Shown here piece by piece: positions 29,536 to 38,282 of a stretch of DNA of 64,000 nt. The stretch lies in assembly GCA_963761335.1 (NCBI GenBank), contig CAVXGR010000015.1:32001-96000 (forward strand). Direction: 5' to 3'. Position numbers and translations under genes: made by a program. Position 1 is the first letter of the stretch, and every line of letters begins with the position of its first letter. The notes under the pieces were generated by a model, which was given only the letters and a program-made list of their open reading frames with translations, made no database searches and had not been told where the DNA came from. Source of the stretch: an uncultured delta proteobacterium (GTDB taxonomy: Bacteria; Desulfobacterota; Binatia; HRBIN30; BPIQ01).

Positions 29536-30612
29536 ATGCGCGCTGCGATCATGAGAGGGACCAAGCTGGTGGTCGACACCGTGCCCGAGCCCGAGCCCGG
29601 GCCCGGCGAGGTGCTGGTGCGCACGCTCGCCTGCGGCATCTGCGGCTCCGATCTGCACGCTCTGAAGCACGCCACCAGATTGGTCGAGGCGGCCCGTGAG
29701 GCGGGCGCGCCCTTCCTCATGGATCCGCAGCGCGACGTGGTTATGGGCCACGAGTACTGCGCCGAGATCGTCGACTTCGGCCCGGGCTGCCAGCGCGCCC
29801 TGACGGCGGGCGCGCGCGTCTGCTCCATGCCGATCCTGCTGCGCCCGGACAGCCTGCACGGCATCGGCTACTCCAATGATTTCCCCGGCGGCTACGGTGA
29901 GCTGATGGTCCTCTCCGAGATGCTGCTGCTGGAGGTGCCGAACGGGCTGTCGACCGAGCTGGCGGCGCTGACGGAGCCGATGGCGGTCGGCGCCCATGCC
30001 GTCGAGAAGGCGCGCCTCACTCCCGAGGACCTTCCCTTGGTGATCGGCTGCGGGCCGGTCGGCCTGGCGGTGATTGCCGCCCTCAAGCGCAAGGGCGCCG
30101 GACCGGTGATCGCCGCCGATTTCTCCGCGGCACGCCGGCGGCTGGCCGCGGCCATGGGCGCCGACGTCGTCATCGACCCGGCGGCGCGATCTCCCTACGA
30201 CACCTGGAACGAGATGGCGGCGCCCGCCGGCGACGCTCCGGCTCTGCCGTTCCCATTCGGACCGGCCCTGCGTCCGGGCGTCTTCTTCGAGTGCGTCGGC
30301 GTGCCCGGCGTGATCGACCAGATCATGCGCGGCGCTCCCCGCGGCGCGCGCGTGGTGATCGTCGGCGTGTGCATGGAGCAGGACCGCATGCAGCCGATGT
30401 TCGGCATCAACAAGGAGCTCAACCTGCAGTTCGTGCTCGGTTACGAGCCGCACGAGTTCGCGGGGACGCTCCTCGACATCGCCGAGGGACACCTGCCGGT
30501 GGAGCCGCTGATCACCGGTAAGGTCGGTGTCGAGGGCGTCGCGGCGGCCTTCGAAGATCTCGGCAGCCCCGAGCGCCACGCCAAGATCCTGGTCGAGCCC
30601 TGGCGCAGCTGA
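29536..30612 (+). CDS. Zinc-binding (MDR) alcohol dehydrogenase
   Basis: CGICGSDLH; MGHE; GCGPVG; ECVG. Confidence 0.92.
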   Translation: MRAAIMRGTKLVVDTVPEPEPGPGEVLVRTLACGICGSDLHALKHATRLVEAAREAGAPFLMDPQRDVVMGHEYCAEIVDFGPGCQRALTAGARVCSMPILLRPDSLHGIGYSNDFPGGYGELMVLSEMLLLEVPNGLSTELAALTEPMAVGAHAVEKARLTPEDLPLVIGCGPVGLAVIAALKRKGAGPVIAADFSAARRRLAAAMGADVVIDPAARSPYDTWNEMAAPAGDAPALPFPFGPALRPGVFFECVGVPGVIDQIMRGAPRGARVVIVGVCMEQDRMQPMFGINKELNLQFVLGYEPHEFAGTLLDIAEGHLPVEPLITGKVGVEGVAAAFEDLGSPERHAKILVEPWRS

Positions 30613-30680
30613 TGTCGGAGTGAGGCGGGGGTCGCCTCAGGCTTTGCCCAACGAATCGAGCCCGCGGTGCCGCCGCCGAA

Positions 30681-30763
30681 GGTTGTTAGGTTGTTGCGTT
30701 GTTGGTTGTTGGTAAGAAGGGGTGAGCTGACCTAACAACCTAACAACGTAGCAACCAACAACC
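30681..30763. repeat. Inverted array of degenerate 7-8-mer (GTTGTT[A/G]G / CCTAACAA) units forming a hairpin between convergent genes
   Basis: ggttgttaggttgttgcgttgttggttgttgg ... cctaacaacctaacaacgtagcaaccaacaacc. Confidence 0.7.
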
Positions 30764-30806
30764 CGCCCGCAGCTACGGGCATCCCGTCGGGCAAAGCCTT
30801 GTCGCC

Positions 30807-32207
30807 TCACTCCACGAGATCCTGCCAGTTCGGTCCGTCGGTGAGAAAGTCGGCCGTCCAGTCGCGCATGCTGATGTCGCCGATCTTCAGCGTGTAGAAG
30901 CCCGGCAGCTCGAGGATGGTGTGCGATTCGCCGGTCTTGAGGAAACGCTTGAGCCGATCCGGATGCCGCTGCTGGACCTCGCCGCTGACGCTGCGCAGCA
31001 GTGCCTCGAAGTCGGTGGCGCTGATGTTGAAGAAGAAGCGCAGCACGCTGTCCTGCAGATAGTTGAAATAGGCGGCGCGCAGGTCCGGGTCGCGATCGAG
31101 AGCCCAGTCGGTCAGATAGGTGAGCTGCTCGCCGCACTGGGCGCAGCTCGTCGGGACGTACTGGGTGAACTTCCAGTTGTCGATACGATCCTGGATGGGC
31201 TGGGTATCGTCGGGGTTCTGCAATCCCGGGCCGGAGTCATCGAGGACCAGAAGGGGCGTGTCGGGATAGGCGACGCGAGTGACGGCATAGCCGGTGAAGG
31301 TCCCGAAGCCGCCGGCGCTGCTGCCACTGACCACGATGACGTTGGGGTCGGGGAACTCCTCCAGCATCAGACTGACGGCCGCGGACAGATTCTGCACGCC
31401 GTGGTGATAGGTCTGGTTGCCGTCGTAGTCGGCGACGTTGTCGCCGGCGTAGACGGACCCGTCACAGTAGGACGCGTAGATCACGTTCCAGCCGTCGAAG
31501 GGGTTGTTGACGTTGTTGGCCTCGAGGATGCCGACGCCTGCGGCGGGGCCCGCGGTCAGCTTGGCGAGCTGTTGTTGCCAGCAGGTCGCATAGTCCCAGC
31601 AGGCGCCGCCGCCTTCCAGATAGAGAAGGACCTTGTTGACGTTGCCGCGCCGCAGGTTCACCTGATACGGCGTTCCGCGGAGGCAGATGGCCTTACCGTC
31701 AGCCGGGTCATAGGTGTACTCCTCCCAATCGCCGTTCACGGACATGGCCGCCGGGGTAATGCCCAGGTACTTGCCGACTCCGGTGGCGGCGAGCTGCTCG
31801 GCGACCGGCACGGGGGTCTCCGTGGGCGTCGCGGTGGCGGGCACGCCGGTTGCGCTCGCCGTGGCCGTGGCGCTGGGCGACGGAGTGTCCGTCTCGGTCG
31901 CCGTGGTGCTCGGCACCGGCGTTTCGGTAGCGGTTGCCGGCAGCGGCGTCTCGGTCGCGATCTCCGCCGGCGTTGCGGTTCGCACCGGCGTCGTAGTCTC
32001 GGGCGGCCTTACGGTTTCCGTCCGCGTCGCCGTTGCGGGTACGCCGGTGGCCGTGGATGTCGCCTTGGCGGTGGGGCTCGGCGTCGCAGTGGGGTTCGCC
32101 GGCACCGCGGCGCCATTATCGTCGCAGCCGGCCAGCGCCAGCGACAGAGTCGCGATCAGAGCCAGAGCCAGCGATCGAGAACCGATTTTGCGGAAACGCA
32201 TATGCAC
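30807..32207 (-). CDS. Pectinacetylesterase/Notum-family lipoprotein with Pro/Thr-rich linker
   Basis: Lipobox LAGC; about 100-aa TATPT linker; YLEGGGACW; YCDGS; GSSAGG nucleophile elbow; DDSGP. Confidence 0.85.
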   Translation of the reverse strand: MHMRFRKIGSRSLALALIATLSLALAGCDDNGAAVPANPTATPSPTAKATSTATGVPATATRTETVRPPETTTPVRTATPAEIATETPLPATATETPVPSTTATETDTPSPSATATASATGVPATATPTETPVPVAEQLAATGVGKYLGITPAAMSVNGDWEEYTYDPADGKAICLRGTPYQVNLRRGNVNKVLLYLEGGGACWDYATCWQQQLAKLTAGPAAGVGILEANNVNNPFDGWNVIYASYCDGSVYAGDNVADYDGNQTYHHGVQNLSAAVSLMLEEFPDPNVIVVSGSSAGGFGTFTGYAVTRVAYPDTPLLVLDDSGPGLQNPDDTQPIQDRIDNWKFTQYVPTSCAQCGEQLTYLTDWALDRDPDLRAAYFNYLQDSVLRFFFNISATDFEALLRSVSGEVQQRHPDRLKRFLKTGESHTILELPGFYTLKIGDISMRDWTADFLTDGPNWQDLVE

Positions 32208-32409
32208 CCTCCCCCGGGAAGCGCGGCCCGAAGCCGGGGCTGCGCCGAGCCCCTGCCCCTACACCCGCGGCGTTCCGCGCGCAAACCACGGCGGCCGCGG
32301 TCGCGACGGAAAACTAAGGGATTTCCCGAATTGCGAAGCCGACCGGCTGTCAGGTAAAAGGATCACCCGCGCTGCCGATCTGACAGGGAGCGTCGAGGCG
32401 CGAGGAGCA

Positions 32410-32685
32410 ATGGCCAAGGTTTACGATGCACTGAAGCGGGTCCAGGAGGAGCGCAGCCGGGGTGTGGAAGGGGATATCCCGCTTCGTGTTCGCCAGGCTG
32501 GCGAATCACGGGTCGAGCCGAAGAAGAGCCGAGGTTGGTGGCGGGGAGGCGCGGAGGACGAGCCCTCGTTCGACGGCGAGCTGCTCCCCGGCGGCCTCGA
32601 AACCCGCCTGTGCCGGCTCGAGCGCAAGGTGACGATTCTGATCGCCATCGGCTCGCTGGCTGTCCTGCTCCTGTTGATCCGCTGA
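32410..32685 (+). CDS. Small tail-anchored membrane protein (91 aa)
   Basis: RBS gaggag; MAKVYDALKR..EER N-terminus; C-terminal TM VTILIAIGSLAVLLLLI. Confidence 0.7.
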   Translation: MAKVYDALKRVQEERSRGVEGDIPLRVRQAGESRVEPKKSRGWWRGGAEDEPSFDGELLPGGLETRLCRLERKVTILIAIGSLAVLLLLIR

Positions 32686-32775
32686 CGATCGTGTTACATC
32701 CTGGAGGCGCAACGCCTCCGGAGAGTCCCCGCCATCGAATCCCAGCCGTCCCCCCGCCACGCCGCTGACGTCAGC

Positions 32776-33921
32776 GTGGTCGAGATCCACGACCGCGAGT
32801 TCGTCCTTGTGGGTACCGCCCACATCTCGCGCGAGTCGGCCGATCTGGTGCGCCAGGTGATCGAGGCGGAACGGCCGGACTGCGTTTGCCTGGAGCTCGA
32901 CCGGCAGCGCTTCGAGGCGATGTCGCAGCGGCAGAAGTTCGAGGAGCTCGATCTCAAGCAGATCATCCGCAGCAAGCAGCTCAGCACGCTGATCGCCAAC
33001 CTCGGGCTGGCGGCGTATCAGAAGCAGCTCGGAGGCCAGCTCGGGGTCGTTCCGGGCAGCGAGATGCTGATGGCGGCGGAGGTCGCCAAGGAGAACGGCA
33101 TCCCCGTGGTGCTCTGCGATCGCGACGTGCGCATCACCCTGCGGCGCGCCTGGGCGGCGATGTCGCCGTGGCGGAAGCTGCAGCTGGTTCCGGCGCTGGT
33201 CACCGCCATCTTCGAGCGCCCGGAGCTGACGGAGGACGACCTGCGGCAGCTGCGCGACCAGGACGCCGGCTCGAAGCTCATCGAGGAGCTGGGGGCGGCC
33301 TTTCCGGCAATCAAGAGCGTCCTGATCGATGAGCGCGACGGCTATCTCACCGAGAAAATGAGGCAGGCTCCCGGCCGCCGAATCGTCGCCGTGATCGGCG
33401 CCGGCCACGTCAGCGGCATGCGCCGGGCGCTGCTCGACGACCGCTCCGCCGACCTGCCGGCATTGGAGGTGATTCCGCCGCGATCGCGTCTGCTGCGCTG
33501 GGTCGGATGGGGAATCCCGGCGGCGATCGTCGGCGCCCTGCTCGCCATCGGAGTGCGCAAGGGCGCGGCCGCGGCGGGAGCCAACCTGCTCTTCTGGATC
33601 CTGGCGAACGGCATCCCGAGCCTCATCGGCGCGCTGATCGCTCTGGCGCACCCGGCCACGGTGCTGACGGCATTCGTGGCCGCGCCGATCACCAGCCTCA
33701 CCCCGGTCATCGGCGTCGGCTACGTGGCCGCGTTCGTGCAGGCCTACTATCGTCCGCCGCTGGTTCGCGAGCTGCGCGAGGTGACTCGGGACGCCAGCTC
33801 GCCGTTGATGTGGTGGCGCAATCGCCTGCTGCGAATCTGTCTGGTCTTCCTGCTGACCACGATCGGAAGCCTTCTCGGCACCTTCGTCGGCGGGGCGAGG
33901 ATCTTCTCCAGTCTCTTCTGA
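32776..33921 (+). CDS. TraB/GumN (pheromone shutdown PrgY-like) family protein
   Basis: LVGTAHIS..S...V...I..E.PD.VC.ELD; PGSEM; DR....TL.RAW; LIDERD; AVIGAGH..G; C-terminal TMs; true start may lie slightly upstream. Confidence 0.9.
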   Translation: MVEIHDREFVLVGTAHISRESADLVRQVIEAERPDCVCLELDRQRFEAMSQRQKFEELDLKQIIRSKQLSTLIANLGLAAYQKQLGGQLGVVPGSEMLMAAEVAKENGIPVVLCDRDVRITLRRAWAAMSPWRKLQLVPALVTAIFERPELTEDDLRQLRDQDAGSKLIEELGAAFPAIKSVLIDERDGYLTEKMRQAPGRRIVAVIGAGHVSGMRRALLDDRSADLPALEVIPPRSRLLRWVGWGIPAAIVGALLAIGVRKGAAAAGANLLFWILANGIPSLIGALIALAHPATVLTAFVAAPITSLTPVIGVGYVAAFVQAYYRPPLVRELREVTRDASSPLMWWRNRLLRICLVFLLTTIGSLLGTFVGGARIFSSLF

Positions 33922-33931
33922 GACGCGGCGC

Positions 33932-34465
33932 TCACGCCGGCGGATGTCGCAGGCGGTGCGGGTGTCGCCGCCACAGATAGGTGGCCATGGTTGCGGCTGC
34001 GATCGCGTTCCCCAGGATGACCACCGGCCACTCGAGCGCGTCGAGGGCGACGGCGGCGAAGGTCATGGCGAAGGCGAAGAAGCCGAACTGGAGCACGACG
34101 AAGAGCAGCACGAAGCCGAGCGCGACATTGAAGCCGCGGTCGAGCATGTCGATCAAGAGGGATGCGGCCACTCCCATGATGACGAAGGAGACGAGGTGCA
34201 CGAGCGTGAACGAGATCGTCATCGGCACCGATCCCGGCAGTGCTTCCAGATTGCCCAGCCCCGAGCCGCCGCGGAAGAGGGCGTTGCCGAGAACGGTGGG
34301 AGTGTAGAGCGGCTGGCCGCGGGCGACGTCAAGCCAGAAGAACCAGAAGGCCAGCGTCAAGGCGCCGACGATTCCGGTGGCGACCCCATGCATGTATACC
34401 CCGAGCCTGCCGGCGCCCCGGCTCCGGTGAAGAGTTGCCGTCGACGGCTGAGCCTCTGCAGCCAT
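33932..34465 (-). CDS. Hypothetical membrane protein (about 4 TM)
   Basis: RBS aggaga; G...G..GA...A.WF...D...GQPL.TP..LG; four hydrophobic segments. Confidence 0.7.
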   Translation of the reverse strand: MAAEAQPSTATLHRSRGAGRLGVYMHGVATGIVGALTLAFWFFWLDVARGQPLYTPTVLGNALFRGGSGLGNLEALPGSVPMTISFTLVHLVSFVIMGVAASLLIDMLDRGFNVALGFVLLFVVLQFGFFAFAMTFAAVALDALEWPVVILGNAIAAATMATYLWRRHPHRLRHPPA

Positions 34466-34612
34466 TGGTGTCTCCTTTCCGGGCGTTTCCGCCCGTTCCC
34501 ACACCGTGTGCTGCTCCGATTGTAGTCGAACACGCGGGTTGCGGGGAAGAGGATTGTTGGGCGCCGCGGGCACGGATGACTTTCCCCCTCGGCGGAGCGA
34601 TACTCGGTGGCG

Positions 34613-35131
34613 ATGCACATCGACCTCCAGGAGGATCGCCGTCTTCTCGCCGCCGCGCAGGCGGATCCGCAGGAGTTTCGTCTGATCTTCGCGTGCTATT
34701 GGGCGCCGGTTTTTCTCTGCTGCGTGCTGCGCGATGGCGATCTGGGCGCCGGCGAAGAGCACACCGGCGAGGTCTTTGCCGCGGCCATGGCGGCGCTGCC
34801 GCACTATCGCTGGGATGGGAGGCCGCTGCTCGCCTGGCTGCTCTCGCTGGCGGCGCGGCCGCGGGCGCGCCGCCGCCCCGCGAGCGCCTCGAGCTCTGCG
34901 GTGGATGCGCCCCGTGTCGCCGCCGCCGAGGCTTGCGCCGAGCTGGGGCGACTTCTCGGCCGCATCGAGGGATCGGTGTCGGAAGCGCTGGTGTTGCGTC
35001 TGGCTCTCGGGCTTTCCGCCGAGGAGGTGGCGCAACTCCAGGGAGTCGCGCCGCCGGTGGTCGATGTGCGCGTATATCGCGCCGTCGCCCGCGCCGCGAG
35101 ACGCGCCGGCTGGGGCGATGAAGTCCCGTGA
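34613..35131 (+). CDS. ECF-type sigma-70 factor (divergent)
   Basis: D..L...AQ.D...F..I; EE.TGEVF..A...L..Y; AWL..LA (region 2); EALVLR...GLS.EEVA...G.....V..RV.RA (region 4); GTG 34607 is an alternative start. Confidence 0.7.
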   Translation: MHIDLQEDRRLLAAAQADPQEFRLIFACYWAPVFLCCVLRDGDLGAGEEHTGEVFAAAMAALPHYRWDGRPLLAWLLSLAARPRARRRPASASSSAVDAPRVAAAEACAELGRLLGRIEGSVSEALVLRLALGLSAEEVAQLQGVAPPVVDVRVYRAVARAARRAGWGDEVP

Positions 35132-35156
35132 TGAGGTGCGGCGATGAAGTGCTGCC

Positions 35157-35723
35157 ATGAAGGGTGACGAGCGGCGTGCCGCGCTGCTGTCGGCGATGCT
35201 CGACGGCGGCGCCCTGGCGGATGAGATCGAGACCCTGGCTCCGGCGGTGCGCCGGCTCCGCGAGCTGTTGGAGGGCCTCCTCCCGGATGCGCGGCAGGTA
35301 GCGGCCTGGTCGGAGCATCTCTACGCGCGAGCCGAGAACGACAGCGCGCCCCGGCTTCGGCTGCAGCAGGCGACGTTGAAGGTGGCCGACATGGATGCCG
35401 CCCTGGCGTTCTACTGCGACGCCCTCGGCCTACCGGCACGGGATGTGGGGAAACGGTTCTCGTCAGTTGACGCCGGCGGAATCTGTATCGGTCTTCTCTG
35501 CCCCGGCGGCGCCGTTCCGCCGGGCGGTGGCGTACGGCTGGAGCTCTACACCGAGGATCTCGACGAGACCGTGTACCGCCTCCGCGAGCGCGGCATCGCC
35601 GTCGACGTCGGCTTCGACCGCAGCCGTCGCCGCCACTGTGCCGAGATGTGCGACGCCGACGGTCACGTGCTGATTCTCGTCGGCGAGAGCCCGCTCTCGC
35701 CGGAGGGGCGACGCTCCGGCTGA
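35157..35723 (+). CDS. VOC/glyoxalase-domain protein with N-terminal helical extension
   Basis: L.V.DMD.ALAFY.DALGL; L.LYTEDLD....RL.ERG; D.DGH.L.L; about 60-aa helical N-terminus. Confidence 0.75.
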   Translation: MKGDERRAALLSAMLDGGALADEIETLAPAVRRLRELLEGLLPDARQVAAWSEHLYARAENDSAPRLRLQQATLKVADMDAALAFYCDALGLPARDVGKRFSSVDAGGICIGLLCPGGAVPPGGGVRLELYTEDLDETVYRLRERGIAVDVGFDRSRRRHCAEMCDADGHVLILVGESPLSPEGRRSG

Positions 35724-35882
35724 CTCGGGTGCGCAGGAGACCGCCGCGTGGCGGAATGCGTGGACACCGACAGCTCCCGCGCCATGCCCTCCGGCGCCTT
35801 GCCGCGGCGTTGATGCTGCGCGTCATTGCGCCGCTCTGCGTCAACTCCGGCGCATCTTTTTTCGCGGGAATCGCGAAAAGCT

Positions 35883-35891
35883 TGCTACAAT
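35883..35891 (+). promoter_or_regulatory. Extended -10 promoter (TG-n-TACAAT), probable leaderless transcript
   Basis: tgctacaat ends 6 nt before ATG 35898; no Shine-Dalgarno. Confidence 0.5.
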
Positions 35892-35897
35892 GGGCAC

Positions 35898-36926
35898 ATG
35901 TCTCGATGGCGTCGCATACGCAGATGGCCGCGTCGGCGGATCATCTCGATGTGCACGCAATTGCTGACCAAACCGCTCAACTCCTACGAGCAGCGGGTGC
36001 CCAACAATCTGGCGGCGTTGAAGAAGACGCTGCGCAAGGGCGACGTGCTGCTGGTGGAGGGCAATCAACGCGTCAGTCAAGTGATTCGCTATCTGACGCA
36101 GAGCTCCTGGTCGCACTCGACGGTCTACGTCGGCGACCACCTGCTCCACGGCGACCCGGCGATGGCCGCCGAGCTCCGGGAGCGCTTCGGGGAGGACGCC
36201 GAGCATCTGCTGATCGAGGCGGAGGTGGGCGCGGGCGTGATCGCCTCGCCTCTCAGCAAGTATGAGCGCCTGAACATTCGCATCTGCCGGCCGCAGCAGA
36301 TTCAGCGCGACGACGTCGAGCGCGTCATGGACTACGCCGTGGGCCACATGGGCACGCCGTACGACGTGCGCCATATCTGCGACCTCGGGCTGTACTTCTT
36401 TCCGGTAAGTTTGGTGCCGCGCCGCTGGCGTCGCGGCGCGCTGCAGCTGGGACGTGGATCCAGCCGCGCCGTCATCTGCTCGTGCATGATCGGCAAGGCC
36501 TTCGCCCGCGTCGGCTATCCCATCCTCCCGGAGATGAGCAGAGTCGAGTCGGCGGTGTCCCCGGCGCGTCGCTGGCAGCGCCTGCTGCGGCGCAACGGCC
36601 GCCGCACCCTGGCGCGATTCCGCCAGCAGGACCTGGCGCTGATCACGCCGCGGGACTTCGACTTGTCTCCCTATTTCGAGATCGTCAAGTTCAACCACTT
36701 GGCCGATCCCAGCTTCAGCTATCGCGACATCGTATGGGAGGATGATCTCCCGGCAGAGCGCGGCGCCCCGGAGCTCCTACCACCGCCCCTAGCCGCGGCC
36801 GCCGCGGTCGAGGTGGTCGACGCCGTACCGCCGGCGTCCCCGAGCGCGCTTCAGCGGATTACGCGGATGTTCGGTTGGAGCGGCGAGTCGGCGGTGGCCA
36901 AGAACGTGCCGATCTCGACGCCCTGA
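35898..36926 (+). CDS. Permuted papain-like amidase (YiiX/YaeF, NlpC/P60 C92) family protein
   Basis: L..GDVLLVEG..RVS..I.YLTQS.WSH (His); G..YD; ICS (Cys); PRDFDLSPYF. Confidence 0.85.
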   Translation: MSRWRRIRRWPRRRIISMCTQLLTKPLNSYEQRVPNNLAALKKTLRKGDVLLVEGNQRVSQVIRYLTQSSWSHSTVYVGDHLLHGDPAMAAELRERFGEDAEHLLIEAEVGAGVIASPLSKYERLNIRICRPQQIQRDDVERVMDYAVGHMGTPYDVRHICDLGLYFFPVSLVPRRWRRGALQLGRGSSRAVICSCMIGKAFARVGYPILPEMSRVESAVSPARRWQRLLRRNGRRTLARFRQQDLALITPRDFDLSPYFEIVKFNHLADPSFSYRDIVWEDDLPAERGAPELLPPPLAAAAAVEVVDAVPPASPSALQRITRMFGWSGESAVAKNVPISTP

Positions 36927-38149
36927 GGAAGAGCGTAGCTGGCGGACTCGAGCATGTGGTAGCCGCCCTCGACGCCTTCCCAGTGATCGAGGACGAAGCC
37001 GACTCCCGGGCAGACGCCCGGCACCGACTCTGGCGGATCGGCGAAATCGGGGCTCGATCGATACCAGAGGTGCTCGCGTACCGATGAGAGGCTCGGGCTC
37101 CGGCGGAGCCGCTGCACCAGCGTGAAGCGCGGGCCGCGCAGGGCGAACCACTCGCTGGAGATTCCATCCGGCGACGACTGCGGCGGCGGTTGCCGGCAAT
37201 CGACGGGGATGGGGCGGGAAGCGCCGGGGACGAGCAGGTCCCATCGGCCCGGCAGGCCGCGAAAATCGAGGACGGCGCGCACCGAGATGTCGCTGAAGAA
37301 GTAGCGCGGCGGCACTCGCAGGCGCACGCTCACCGGCAGGTCGGCATAGTCGCGGTAGAAATACGTGTAGGAGCCGAAGCGGGGGGAGCGGATGCCGAAG
37401 CCGATGCGGATCGAGTGCTGCTGGCGGCGGATGACGCGGATCGGCCCGGCGCGCCAGGTTACCGGACCGCTGTCGAGGTCGCCCTCGTCGCGGCCGAAGC
37501 GCAGCAGTCCCCACAGCAGGGAAGCCCTGGCGCGGACCTTCAGGCGATCGAGCAGGTTGGCGCTGTGGTCGAAGGACAGGTGTTGTGGAACTGCGCCGCT
37601 GAATCCGAGACTGACGTCGGCGCCGCGGATACGGTCCGCGGCGGCATCGTACGACACGTAGGACATCGTCGATCGCGGCGGGCTCGAGGCGAAGCTGCCG
37701 AGGTAGACGCGCCGGGTCTCGAATCCCAGCGGGTCGCGTAGATCGACGGCGATCAGGTGTGCCGCCTCGAGCGGCTTCGCCGGGCTGTCGGCGGCGCCGG
37801 CATCCGCCGCCATGAACAGAAGAGTATCGTTGCGATCGAGCCGGCCGTCGCCGTCGGTCGGGTTGGGCTCCGCTCCGTGAGGCAGCACCCACTGTCCGGC
37901 GGCATTGCGCTCGTCAACCTGAAAGGGAATCGGCACGCAGTGGCTGCGGTCGCAGCGCAGCGCGCCGAGAGAATCGATCGGCTGTCGGAGCAGCGAACCG
38001 AGGGCGAAACCCTGGAGAGAAACGACTTCCCAGAAGCGCGGATCCGCGGCGCGCGCCGGCGTCGCCGCGACATGCAAGACGAGGGCGGCGAGAGCGGTGC
38101 AGAGCACCGCGCGACCGCCCCGGCGGCGGCGCTGGCGCGCGCGCCGCAT
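36851..38149 (-). CDS. Secreted hypothetical protein divergent from the DUF1302 operon
   Basis: Arg-rich signal peptide ending PARA; PIPFQVDER; DGDGRLDRND.LLFMA.DAG (possible Ca-binding loop); GPIRVIRR. Confidence 0.7.
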   Translation of the reverse strand: MRRARQRRRRGGRAVLCTALAALVLHVAATPARAADPRFWEVVSLQGFALGSLLRQPIDSLGALRCDRSHCVPIPFQVDERNAAGQWVLPHGAEPNPTDGDGRLDRNDTLLFMAADAGAADSPAKPLEAAHLIAVDLRDPLGFETRRVYLGSFASSPPRSTMSYVSYDAAADRIRGADVSLGFSGAVPQHLSFDHSANLLDRLKVRARASLLWGLLRFGRDEGDLDSGPVTWRAGPIRVIRRQQHSIRIGFGIRSPRFGSYTYFYRDYADLPVSVRLRVPPRYFFSDISVRAVLDFRGLPGRWDLLVPGASRPIPVDCRQPPPQSSPDGISSEWFALRGPRFTLVQRLRRSPSLSSVREHLWYRSSPDFADPPESVPGVCPGVGFVLDHWEGVEGGYHMLESASYALPQGVEIGTFLATADSPLQPNIRVIR

Positions 38150-38282
38150 GCGTCTCAACTGGCTGCCGCACCAGCAGAAACAGCTTGACAATTGACGGCG
38201 GCGTACAATATGGGTCGCGCCAGGGAGGGGCGGCCGACACAGTTCCACCCTGGTAACTGGCGAGCGAAGGAGGAGGATCCCT

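Noticed and set aside
31800..32110. Low-complexity repetitive DNA
   Set aside because: Pro/Thr/Ala linker of the pectinacetylesterase-family lipoprotein
38185..38209. TTGACA and TACAAT upstream of the DUF1302 gene
   Set aside because: The spacer is only 13 nt, so they cannot be called as one sigma-70 promoter
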